Source: Octopus bimaculoides
Taxonomy: Eukaryota
Assembly: GCF_001194135.2 (NCBI RefSeq)
Contig: NC_068985.1
Coordinates: forward strand, 72,179,831-72,243,830
Length of the DNA stretch: 64,000 bases
Direction: 5' to 3'
The notes beneath the pieces are model-generated. The model saw only the letters and a list, made by a program, of their open reading frames with translations, ran no database searches and was not told where the DNA came from. Positions 1-12,090 of the stretch are shown here, piece after piece (within the stretch, counting starts at the first letter, position 1; every line of letters starts with the position of its first letter). A program made the position numbers and the translations under genes.

Positions 1-175
1 TATATACCAAAGCTGGTGTGTTTACGTCCCCCATAACTTAGTGGTTCAGCAAAAGAGACTGATAGAATAAGTACTAGGCTTACAAAGAATAAGATTTGCT
101 CGACTAAAGGCGGTGCTCCAGCATGGCCGCAGTCAAATGACTGAAACAAGTAAAAGAGTATATATATATAAATGT

Positions 176-218
<43 letters not shown>

Positions 219-240
219 TATATATATGTGTGTGTGTGTG

Positions 241-272
<32 letters not shown>

Positions 273-1256
273 GTGTGAGTGATCCTGGAAGTGGCCATGG
301 CATGGTTGTTTCCCCTGTCAACATTGTGTATACTCTATGCATGCTTCCTACAGCATTAAGGGTATATTAAATCTTATTTCTAGCAATGTAGATACTCCAG
401 CATCCTAAGTCACACTTAGGGATGATTGAATTTTTCCTTTATGGTATCTCACTGCATCTGGCTGTCTATATTAATTGATATATATATATGTATATATGTA
501 TATATATTCCTCAACATTATTTAACATCCATGTTCCATGCTGACAAGGGTTGGACTTGTGTGTGTATATAAACTACTAAAATATTTCCAGTTGTCTTGTT
601 TTCTGAACATCATCCTCTGTCTTTGCATTGAGTCAAACACACACATAAGCTTCTATTCATCACTGTATTTTTCCAGTCTTCATTCTTTCACACACATAGA
701 TTGTCTTGTATTCCTATCTATCTGTTTAATTCTTCTGTTTTCTCACCCACCCCATCACCACACTCACATACACATGCATGCATGTGATTGTCCATTAAAT
801 TCGTTGGTGACTGTCTTCTTCAATTCAGGATTCTTTGATGACTGTACATCCCCAGTTGCAATTTATTGATGTGCACCTTTAGTTGCCACTGGACATGTGA
901 ATATTTGACTGGGGAGATTAGCTATTAATCTTATGTGCATGCCTCAAGTCTCATCTCTTTTGGTAGTACTGAGTGTATTTCTCCTCCTCCCCCTCCTCCT
1001 CCTCCTACATCTTCAATCATCTTCCAGCAGTGAGAACACCAAAGTGAATGGTTGATAGCCATAGCCTCTGCTTTTAAGCAGTTGATGTTACTCCTCTTCA
1101 AAGTCATCTGCTAGTTATTGAACCACTTCTTTGGTCCTCTAGTCAAGCAATGACCATGGTCTAGCTGACCATGTAGGATCCTACAAAGGAAAAGTGAGAT
1201 ATGCACTACATGCTCAAGCCATCTGTCTCTCTCTCTCTCTCTCTCTCTCACTCACT

Positions 1257-1293
<37 letters not shown>

Positions 1294-2045
1294 TTTTTGT
1301 TTATTTATATCTGTTCTTGATCTCTAACTTGTTCATACATCACCACCTTTTATCTCTTTCTTTATCTGATTTTTCTACTCATAAATACACACTTCCTCAT
1401 TTTCTCTGTCTATCTATCTATCTGTCTTTCTGTCTTTTTTTCACACACACACACACATACACATAAATTCTACTTCTCTCACATACACATATACACACAC
1501 TGATACTAAAACATAGAAGAAAACTCACATCCACACAAACCCACACATGGCTCTTGTTATGCCTTCTCTCATACACAGTTTATAAAATGTGTTGTGTGAA
1601 AGTTGTCTTTTTTTCTGTTTTTGTAACTTTGTTCCGAATGTGAAGAAAATAAACAGGGGAAGAGACAGAAAACAAGGCCATAACTTAAAATATCTTAGAA
1701 AAGAAATAGGTAAGACATTGTAGACATTGAGATGTTAAGTCTGAATAAAAGAGGAGATAGTCATAACTAGAAAGTCTTTCATCATAGATTTGATTAATGA
1801 TCAACAGTTAAACAGCATCAATCAACAACTTGAAGTAAGGTGCTGCTTCCCCATGATCCCACCGCTTGCTGAAATAGCACCCATAGGTGCAAGCATAGCT
1901 GTGTGGTAAGAAAGCTTGATCCTCAACTGCGTGCTTTTGGGTTCAGTCTCACTGTGTGGCACTTTGGGCAAGTGTCTTCTGAAATAGCTGTGGGCTGACT
2001 GAAGCCTTGTGATTTGGTGGACGGAATTTTTCATCATAAGTGTAT

Positions 2046-2435
2046 GTTGTTGTTGTTGGCACTCCGTCGCTTATGACGTTGAGGGTTCCAGTTGATCCGA
2101 TCAACGGAACAGCCTGCTCGTGAAATTAACGTGCAAGTGGCTGAGCACTCCACAGACATGTGTACCCTTATCATAGTTCTTGGAGGATATTCAGTGTGAC
2201 ACAGTGTAACAAGGCTGATCCTTTGAATTACAGGCACAACAGAAACAGCAAGTAAGAGTGAGAGAAAGTTGTGGTGAAAGAGTACAGCAGGGTTCGCCAC
2301 CATCCCCTGCTGGAGCCTCGTGGAGCTTTAGGTGTTTTCGCTCAATAAACACTCATAACGCCAGGTCTGGGAATCGAAACTGCGATCCTATGACCGTGAA
2401 TCCGCTGCCCTAACCACTGGGCCATTGCCCCTCCA
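2046..2435 (-). mobile_element. tRNA-derived SINE family B
   Basis: rc head TGGAGGGGCAATGGCCCAGTGGTTAGGGCAGCGG..GTTTCGATTCCC (A and B boxes). Tail shared with the 61391-61700, 26035-26330 and 23860-24180 copies. Confidence 0.8.
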
Positions 2436-2649
2436 TAAGTGTATACATGTGTGTGAAAGTGCTTATCCCTTCAAAGAGAATTTCTTCAAATTTTAACTCC
2501 ATCTCTGTTAAAGAACTCATTCAGTGATGTAGCCCAAGATACACTATGTCTGAATGAAAGAGAAAATGGTCAACGCCGGAACACCTTTGATTATAGGTTT
2601 TTTTTTTATCAGGACTGACCTGGGGTTAAACAACAACAAGAATTAGCAT

Positions 2650-2985
2650 CAATAACAACAATGTTAATGACAATAATAACCACACCCTTTACAACAATTA
2701 ATAGCAATAACGTCAGTGATGGCAATAACACCACAACAGTGACAAGAGCAACATCAATAACAGCAATATTAATAACAATATTAATAACAATATTGATAAC
2801 AATATTAATAACAATATTGATAACAATATTAATAACAATATTGATAACAATAGCTGTATCAATGCATCAGCAACAACAATGCCATTAACTGCAGCAACAT
2901 CAATAACAACAACCACTATACTAACGATTATAGCAACAATAACCATAAAAAACAGCAATAACAACAACATCAACAACAACAAATA
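2650..2985. repeat. Degenerate (AAC/AAT)n tract containing a 12-bp tandem unit RATAACAATATT
   Basis: Tandem units at about 2765-2850. A similar degenerate (ACA)n tract lies at 13800-14130. Confidence 0.8.
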
Positions 2986-3346
2986 GGGAACTTCAACTAT
3001 GAAATGAAATAAAAATAATAAATGAGAAAAAAAAAGAAATCAAACAATCCATATGTTTTCAATGAAATGAAAGAAGTTTACGAAGAAAGCAGCACCACTG
3101 GAGGAAAAACACGAGGAAATCCTTTGTTTGGCTCCAAAAGAAATTCAAAGCAGATGTTTTCTTGGACTAAAAAGTTGAATTAAAATAATATCAACAACAA
3201 CAACAACAACAATGCCAATAATAATAATAATAATGGTAATAGTGGTGGTGATGATGATGATGATTATAACAACAGCAACAACTAAAATAATGATTTTGAA
3301 AAAAGAAAAACATGAGTAAGCAGGCGTGTGTGTATGTGTGTGTGCA

Positions 3347-3398
<52 letters not shown>

Positions 3399-3804
3399 AA
3401 AGATCAAAGAATCATTTTTTTTCATCCTATTCTTTCTTTCAAACTCTTTTTTTTGTCATTTGAAACTGAATGTTACTTGTGCGAAAAACATCCCCATTAT
3501 CATTATCTACATCATTGTCAAAATCATCATCATCATTATCATATTCATCATCATCAATATTTTAACAGTCGTTATCTATTGCTGGTACAGGGTTGGCTGG
3601 GTATGCTATCAAACGACAACATTGGTAAAGAATGCATTTGTACTATCTCATCCACGAGGCCAAATACCTCGAGGGCCAACTTCATCAGTTCTTCACATTT
3701 CTGAGATGTTGAGTATGTATGTATGTATCTATCAGTCAGAATCTTCACCTCACACTGGTAAAAATGCCTTGAGTTTACTGAAACCCTCTTCACAAGTGAT
3801 ATTA

Positions 3805-5046
3805 TGAGGGTCAGCTGAAAAGTTTACAGGCTTAGCAAGATACTCCCATGGAATGTATCCAAATGAGGTTTATGTTTCAATGCAGTTCCCCATTGCAGTC
3901 TACACACTTCTTCCACTGGTGTTGCAGTGTTTGCATGCCATTACTGATGAAGCTTTCATCTTTTTTGTTCAGAAATATAATCAACAGCAGATATGATATC
4001 ATCAGTACTGCGACCAAGTGTCTTTTCAAGTTGGGGAACAGATAATAATCAGATAGGGCCAAATCAGAAGGGTAGGGACAGTGATCAACCAATTCAAAGC
4101 CACAATCATGTACATCAGCCATTGAAAAACTAGGTCTTGTGTGCTAGAGCATTGTTCTGATGAAACAAGACCCTTCCATCAGTTTTTCTGGTTGTTTGGT
4201 CTTGATAGCCTTTCCTAACTGCCTCAGCAAGTTAGCAAAGTACTCTCTATTGATGGTGTGGCCTTTTTGAAGGTATGCAATAAGCGCAATGCCTATTGCA
4301 TCCCAAAAAACTGAGGCCATCACCTTCCCTGCTGATGAACCAACCTTGGCCTTCTTTGGAGCTGGTGGGAAGGGGTGTTTCCACTGCATGGATCATCTCT
4401 TTGTGTCTGGCTCAAAGTGATTAACCCAACGCTCAAACTGGGTGAAACCATGTCAGATTTTCCCCGTGATGCAATCAGTCTCATGTGCTTTTAATCAGTA
4501 TCAGATCTGGCACCCACCCAGCAGAAACGTTTGTCATGTCAAGTTCATTGTGCAGGATATTCTTTTAACTCCTTCACAGGATATGTTAATAGCATTGGCT
4601 ATTCGATTCATTGGCAATCACCTGTCATCCATCACCATGTGGTAGACACAATGTTTTCCTTGGTGGTGACAGTTGCAGGACTTCCAGCTCTTGGGTCATC
4701 TTCAAGACCCTCCCTTCCCCTCCTAAATTCAGCTGCCCACTTTTACACTGCTGACAAAGCTGGAGCATCATCCCCTAATGTATCAACCATGTCAGCAGAA
4801 ATGTCCTTGGGGATAACCCATTTTCTACAGGTACTTGACAACACCATGATGCCACATTTTGCCCTTTTTGAAAAGAAGTTACTTCTAGTTACTTTTGAAG
4901 TGTTCTTTGAACAGTGAGATGTCAGTGTACTTAGAAAGAAACAATGCAGTTATGAATAAGAAAATCTGAAATTAATGCATGCAATATTTCACAGCTCTAG
5001 CATCACTCCTTCATAGTCAGTTTATGAATTTTTCAGCCCACTCTGT
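3805..5046 (-). mobile_element. Full-length but inactivated mariner (D34D) DNA transposon
   Basis: Degenerate TIRs flanked by TA (TA-TGAGGGTCAGCTGAAAAGTT at 3803; matching inverted end about 5015-5048). Minus-strand transposase pieces: KWAAEFRRGREGLEDDPRAGSPAT (HTH/linker), KAKVGSSAGKVMASVFWD, FHQNNALAH (=HxDNAPxH), HCPYPSDLALSDYYLF (=HPPYSPDLAPSD). Reconstructed spacing is 34 aa. Several stops and frameshifts. Confidence 0.92.
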
Positions 5047-6952
5047 TAATGTTATAAAAATATTACCCATAGTAAACATTTTTTATATTAATCAGTTTTT
5101 TAAGAAACAACAATTAAAGAATTCAAGCAAAAATAAAAATACAAACGTTACCTACAAAAGTAACTTATAGAATAAGTTACCTTTTGTTACCATAAAAAGG
5201 AAAGGAAATGTTGTTTTGATGTGAGTATTTTGAAAGGATGACAGAAACAATAGATAAGATATAGGGAAGAGGGAATGGGTAAAGAAAGATAACTATCCTC
5301 TCTTGTGACTTAAGCAATAGTTGAAGATGTAAAGATCTAAATCATAAAGGTGTAGTTAAAGATCTAAATAAGTTTCAATATTCAATCAATTACAGTCAGT
5401 ATATCTATGATATTGATTTTCGTTACAAATAAGATATAAATAGAAATAAATATGTTAGAAAGTTGTATATATTTATTACCTGTCCATGAATTAATAATAG
5501 CCAAGATCTATATTAATTATAAGTACCTAGATAAAGATTTAATTCTAGTATCATAGTAAGTACTACACTATTTTTACTAGATCAAGTATTAGCAAAATTG
5601 ACTGAAACAAGGAGTAATAATATAGCTAAGAATAACTATCAGTTATTGATCTGTTATTCAGAGCATAAGTAGTGTTATTTAATACTTATTTATATCTTTT
5701 TTTTTTAACCAAAAAAGAAAAGCAAATTATATTTTCCTTGGACAAATTGCAATGTTAAAAACATATCTCAAGAAGCTGACTGTTAGATGATGCTTTATAA
5801 AAAAAGTTTAGTAGTTCAAAAATGGTTCTTGATTGTCAATTCAATGTTTAACCAAAACAGATTAAATTTAGTCAGTTGTACAAATATCTACATCATACAC
5901 ATTCATAAAAGTACACATTTACATTAACTATTACTCTGATGAATTTAGCCACATCAGAAGAAGTTATGGTTTGTGTTACATTCAGTAAAGTAGAGCAGGG
6001 TAGTTTTATAGCAATGATGCTGAGAGGGAAAAAAGCTTATTAAGTAAAGAAAAAATTTCTTGGCTATTGGAGTAACTATTTCTGAATTAGAAGTATTATA
6101 CAAACAATTTCTGAATGTGTTTCTATTATTCTAAGGTCGAATACAAGATATTTTATCCTTAAACCATATAAACCTTCATTATAATACAAAGAATGTTAAT
6201 TCTCATTTGCAGAAATGTTGTGGATTGTAAAAGATATATTCTAAACTAAGTTTTCAGCAACAATTTTGTGTCGCTGGCAATTTGTTATTGCAGTTTAATG
6301 ATTTGTAAGGGTTAAGACAGATGTAATAGAGATCATTATTTGAATTATTTCAAGAAACTTCTCTATTATACATCAACTTCAACAATAATAGTTAAACCTA
6401 GGCTTTTGAAGAAAGGGTGAAAGTCCTTTCTGACTTTATCTATAGTTGATATATATAGTAAATGCTTTGTGTTAGTGAGCCATCATTCTGATATAGCCAC
6501 TCATGGATCATAAGAAAATTTTCTTTTTTTCTTTTAACTATTAAGTAAAACCAAATGAGATCTGTAATTTCAGCTGAGTCACTGTCAGAATGGTCTCATA
6601 TCAAAAGTAGTTCTAAACTATTAAAATCACACTATTTAATAGCCAACTTCCTGGGATACAATTTTAACATTGCAACTTGTCATAGGATATGTTATTTAGG
6701 ATGCCCTGAATAACATAGAATAAACCTATTTCTAAACTAAATTTATTATTCACTATATAAATTGATTTTTTTTAATGACCTATTGACTGACATGTGTACA
6801 GAAAATATCAGTTTAGCACTGGATGTCAATCTTTATTTATGTATTTTTAATTGATGTAAAATTTGAGTATTAATTATTCATGGTAATAAGTATGAGTTAG
6901 TTCCCAAACATACCCATATCTATTTATTCTTTGTTTTTAATATAAATCTATA

Positions 6953-6987
<35 letters not shown>

Positions 6988-9900
6988 NNNNNNNNNNNNN
7001 NNNNNNNNNNNNNNNNNNNNNNNNNNNNNNNNNNNNNNNNNNNNNNNNNNNNNNNNNNNNNNNNNNNNNNNNNNNNNNNNNNNNNNNNNNNNNNNNNNNN
7101 NNNNNNNNNNNNNNNNNNNNNNNNNNNNNNNNNNNNNNNNNNNNNNNNNNNNNNNNNNNNNNNNNNNNNNNNNNNNNNNNNNNNNNNNNNNNNNNNNNNN
7201 NNNNNNNNNNNNNNNNNNNNNNNNNNNNNNNNNNNNNNNNNNNNNNNNNNNNNNNNNNNNNNNNNNNNNNNNNNNNNNNNNNNNNNNNNNNNNNNNNNNN
7301 NNNNNNNNNNNNNNNNNNNNNNNNNNNNNNNNNNNNNNNNNNNNNNNNNNNNNNNNNNNNNNNNNNNNNNNNNNNNNNNNNNATATATATATATATATAT
7401 AATTCCATTAATATAAATACTCTGTAATATTTTTGTAATATTAATATAACCTCTGAAGAGAGTTAAAGAAAACTTAAAGCACTTGTCCTTGTCTAAAGTA
7501 AATTTTCTCATACACACACACATACATGTATGAATGTGTGTATGTATATATATACATATACATACACACATATATAGGTATGTGAGTGTCTATATACATT
7601 CATGTGGGCATGTGTAGGGTGGATATACTCACAAACACACATTACAGTATGCACACAAAGATGTAAGAATCAAAATATAGATGTGTACATTTATTTTTAA
7701 CACACTCCCATATGCGAGAACATGAAAGACATTTTCTATGGGAGATATCTGTCTGTCTTTGTAGATAGATACACATGTGTGCATATATACATGTATGTAC
7801 ACAGAGTGGTGCACATATGAATATGTGCACGCATGTGCGTCTCTCTCGATGTATATTTTTATTTATATACACACACTTGTATATATCTATCTGCCCTTCT
7901 ACATATATCTGAGACAAAGCTCCCACTAATGCATTTCATATTCTAGTGTTCAGGGACATGTTAAAAATAAATGTGCACTTCTTTAATCATTATTTAAGTC
8001 CTTATAATATATCTTTTCCTTTTTTTAATCCATAATCTCTTACTTGATTCAGTCGTTGGACAGCAGCCAGTGCTGAGGTGACCACCTTGAAGGATTTTGC
8101 TCAAACAAATTGACTCTTGTACCTGTCTTTAAAAGTCTGGTACTTATTCTGTCATTCTCTTTTTCTGAACAGTTTAGTTATACATTTCATTACTGTATAA
8201 CAATGTTGTTCATACACAAGCATCATGCAATTTACCATTCACTCTGAATAGCAGCTTTTTGTTAAAGATATAATAGCTCTCTTAACTTTCTCCAGCCAGT
8301 TCATACATATTCTTACAATTATACCTTCAGGACATCTTCCACTTCTAATTAGGTCACCTAAGTAACAGAAATTATCTACTTCTAGGGACCTTCTTGGGCA
8401 TTCAAGATAATCTATTTCTGTGTGTTCTTATATATATATATATACTCTTATCCTCCTCATTATTTTTATCTCTGTTTTCTATGCTGGTATGGTCAAGAGT
8501 TTGACAGGATTCAGTGGTTTAGAGGTGCATGTCTTGTTGTAATGTTTTGCATGGCTTCTGTGACTAGATGCCCTTCCTAACACCAACATTTCAGAGTGTA
8601 CTGGGTGCATTTTTCATAGCACCAGCATTATAGCAGTTCACTTTCTGTCAGCAAAACGAAGGAGCTTTTTCAAGTCCTGTGTTGTCATTGTTCAAACGAA
8701 TTACCAGTCATTTACAGCATGTACATTGGGTGACACCAGTATTGTTGGGGCTGCTTTGCAACTTGCAAATTAAAACTCCAACAAATATTTGTCTATGTTA
8801 TTAAACTTTTTACCATAAATGAATTAATTATAATTAGTTGATATCTTACAAATTGTTTTGCTACATTTCTCTTTTCATTTTGAGTTGAAATCCTGCCAGT
8901 GTAGCTTGACTTTCTTCGTCATACTGTCAGAGTTGATAAAATAAGTAAGAGTTAAATATGGTGGCAATCTATCCAGCTCAAAATGTTGGTCATGTGCCTG
9001 TGTTAGAAAGCCTTCATTCTAGAATTACTAAAATAAGTACCTGTCAAACCCTTGGATTGATATAATTGTGCATAATCCACCTACGCAATGTTCCTACTTG
9101 TACCCGTGGTGAAAATTATAATTTTCATGATTCCACAATAGCTACTTGTTGGATATTTTGTTCTTAATGACTCTGAGACTAAAACATACTTAGAATTTTG
9201 TTAATATTTTATTTTTAACAGAACAGCAGAATTAATTGGCAAAAATGCCAGTTTCTGCAGGAGATATGAAAGAAGCAGGTAAAGAAAGAGAGAGAAAAAT
9301 AGAATGGTTACAATTAGACAAACAAGCAAACAAGTTCTTCAGTGTGATGTTTAAATTATGTAATATAAATTAGCATTTAAAAAAAAAATCAAAATATTAT
9401 CAATCATAACACTTGCTCTTTAGAATACGTTAAAATACATTTACAATACATTTGATATAACCAAACAGAGCCAAGTTCAATTTTAATACATACCTGTCAC
9501 TGTAAACACACCAAATACATGCATACCTTCAAATATTCAACTTTAATACATACCTTTTATTTAATACATATTTACTATCAATAGTTTGTCCTAGAGAAGA
9601 ATCCTGTAATTATCAGTAACCAGACATATTGTCCAGAATGTTCAGAATTAGAACATTTGGATGTTGCTTAATTGAATACATGCTTAAGGTAACAGCAGTT
9701 AGTTGGACAGTTTTACACAAATTAGATGACAAGGAAAAAGACTACAGATGCATTGTAACATGTATGGATGGATGTATGTATGCATGTCCACATGCATGCA
9801 TTCATACCATAGGAAATTTCACTTAGTAAATTCTGTCTGGCCCATATTAGGCATGAAAAAGTAGATGATGAGATTATGTTATGTATGCATATGTGTATCG

Positions 9901-9996
9901 CTCATTTTCTCTCTATATATATATTTGTGTGTGTTTGCATTTCTAATATATGTGTGTGTGTGTGTGTATAGATATATATATGTGTGTGTATATATA

Positions 9997-10037
<41 letters not shown>

Positions 10038-10085
10038 GCATATACACACACATATACCTATTAACATATATATATNNNNNNNNNN

Positions 10086-10138
<53 letters not shown>

Positions 10139-10238
10139 ATATGCACATCTATTTATATACATATATATGTATGTGTTTGTATACATAAATATTTGTGCAT
10201 ATATCTATATGTATATGTGATGAATTTATATGTGTATA

Positions 10239-10566
10239 GTGAAGGTGCATAGCTCAGTGGTTAAAGTATCGGACTCATAATTGTGAGGTTGTGAGTTCGT
10301 TTGCCAGACTGGGCTGTGTGTTGTGTTCTTGAGAAAGACACTTTTATTTCACATTGTTCCAGTTCACTCAGCTGTAGAAATGAATTGTGACGTCACTGGT
10401 GCCAAGCTGTATTGGCCTTTGCCATTACCTTGGATAACATCAGTGGCATGGAGAGGGGAGTTTGGTATGCATGGGTGATTGCTAGTCTTCCATAAGCAAC
10501 TTTGCCTGGACTTGTGCCTTGGAAGGAAACTTTCTAGGTGTAATCCCATGATCATTCATGACTGAA
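10239..10566 (+). mobile_element. tRNA-derived SINE family C
   Basis: TAGCTCAGTGGTTA A-box, GAGTTCGTTTGCC B-box-like, shared core TTGAG..AAGACAC..CACTCAGCTG. Confidence 0.75.
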
Positions 10567-10859
10567 TCCTAGATATATGTGTATATATATCTATGCATGT
10601 ATATATACACACACAAATGCACATATATAATGGGTTTATATTTGTATGTATATAAAATGTTCTAATGCCCCCCTTCCCCACATCCCCAAGAAAATCTCCA
10701 TAAAAAATTCAAAATAAGAAGTTTGAAGTCATGAATCTGGATTAAGTCTCAATTACATCAACTACTTAATTTCATCATTTTTATTTATGCATTTTGCTAT
10801 GAAATTCGGGTCACATAAACTCTTGACAAGAATTAAGTGTGGATGAAACATTAAAAAGG

Positions 10860-11080
10860 CCTCTATGTAGTCATTTGACCCGTTAGAAATAACAACCAAA
10901 TTCCCCTCAAATTATAGCTTGCCATCTTAAACATTACAGAAGGGTACATTAGATATTGATAGTCCTAGACATCTATAAAAAAAAAAAGATGGTATGGTCA
11001 CAACTGGAAGAATGCCTTTGAATTTAATCCTGCTCTTTGGGGATTAATCTCTGTTTAAACAACAACTGTTCTTGTGAAGA
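10860..11080 (+). repeat. Abundant unclassified dispersed repeat (family G, core CTAGAAATAGCAGCCAAAT)
   Basis: The core recurs in both orientations at about 12550, 16120, 18440, 21590, 28020, 32010, 41850, 43670, 53115. The 3' part (GCTGACCTGGGG.TAAACAACAAC) is at about 2610 and 27920. Confidence 0.65.
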
Positions 11081-11106
11081 ATACTACAAAGTTTACAAAG
11101 AAAAAA

Positions 11107-11815
11107 CAGGTGTGGTTGTCTGGTAGGACATTTGCTTCTGGACCACATTGTTCCTGGTTCTGTCCCACTGTATGGCACTTTAGGCAAGTGTCTTCTACTA
11201 TAGCCTTGGACTAACCAAAATGTTGTGAGTGGAATCAGTAGACAGAAACTGAAAGAAGCCCATTGTATGTGTGTGTATATATCTATTATAATAAAAGAGA
11301 AATTTTGTCTGTCTGGGACCCCTGTATCTCTGTCTACATTTGCTTTACATTGACATATCATGCCTATTTGGAATCAGGATGACCCCGAGATTGAAAATCT
11401 TCCCTTCATTTGGTTCTTACACATCCAACATTGGAATCTGATTTAAAAGCATTTGGGTTGTTATTTCTAGCAGGTAAAGCTTGGCTGCTTCATGCTATCT
11501 TGGTTGGCATTCGTCAGATGATGTCAGAGATCATGAAGGAGAAAAAGAACATTTGCTTCATTAATTTTATGTGGAGATAAAAACTTTGGGATGTATTGGC
11601 AACAGTTGGAATTCAACTTGGGACTGGAACAATAGAATTATTGCATTACAGAATTCATTTTCATCCTTCCTTAACTTTTGATCAAACACCACTGGGGTGT
11701 ATAGTCATTATAGACGTATTATAATCATGCTTTCTCTTTAGTTTTGGGCCACAGGCCCAATTAGCCCTCCATAAGAGAAAGCTTAAAGTTCACATGGAGT
11801 TTGGATTTTAAGCTA

Positions 11816-11848
<33 letters not shown>

Positions 11849-12090
11849 GTATGTATGTATGTATCTATTTGTGTGTGTGTGTGTGTGACTTTATGCTCAT
11901 CTCCTACCACCACTTGACAACTGATGTTGGTGTGTTATGTCCACATAACTTAGTGGTTTGACAAAAGAAACATAGAATAAATACCAGGGTTACAAAAATA
12001 AGTCCCAGGGTCAATTTGCTTGACTAAAACCCCTCAAAGTGGTGCCCCAGTATGGCCACAGTCAAATAACTGAAACAAGTAAAAGATAAC
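11107..12090 (+). mobile_element. SINE family A split by about 600 bp of other sequence in its microsatellite
   Basis: Head at 11107-11270 and tail at 11885-12090, collinear with the 33.1 kb copy. Confidence 0.7.

Noticed and set aside
2661-2982. ORFs with ILITILIT / poly-Leu resembling membrane proteins (also 13792-14205)
   Set aside because: Products of degenerate AAC/AAT repeats with no splice or domain support.
8656-8730. Exon-like stretch open in all three frames after tctgtcAG
   Set aside because: It lies within or next to an RTE 3'UTR remnant, the donor is weak, and no Robo-like peptide results.
10239-10320. tRNA-like sequences with A and B boxes (also 2340-2435 and 61391-61460)
   Set aside because: They continue into multi-copy SINE bodies and lack a proper acceptor stem, so they are SINE heads rather than tRNA genes.
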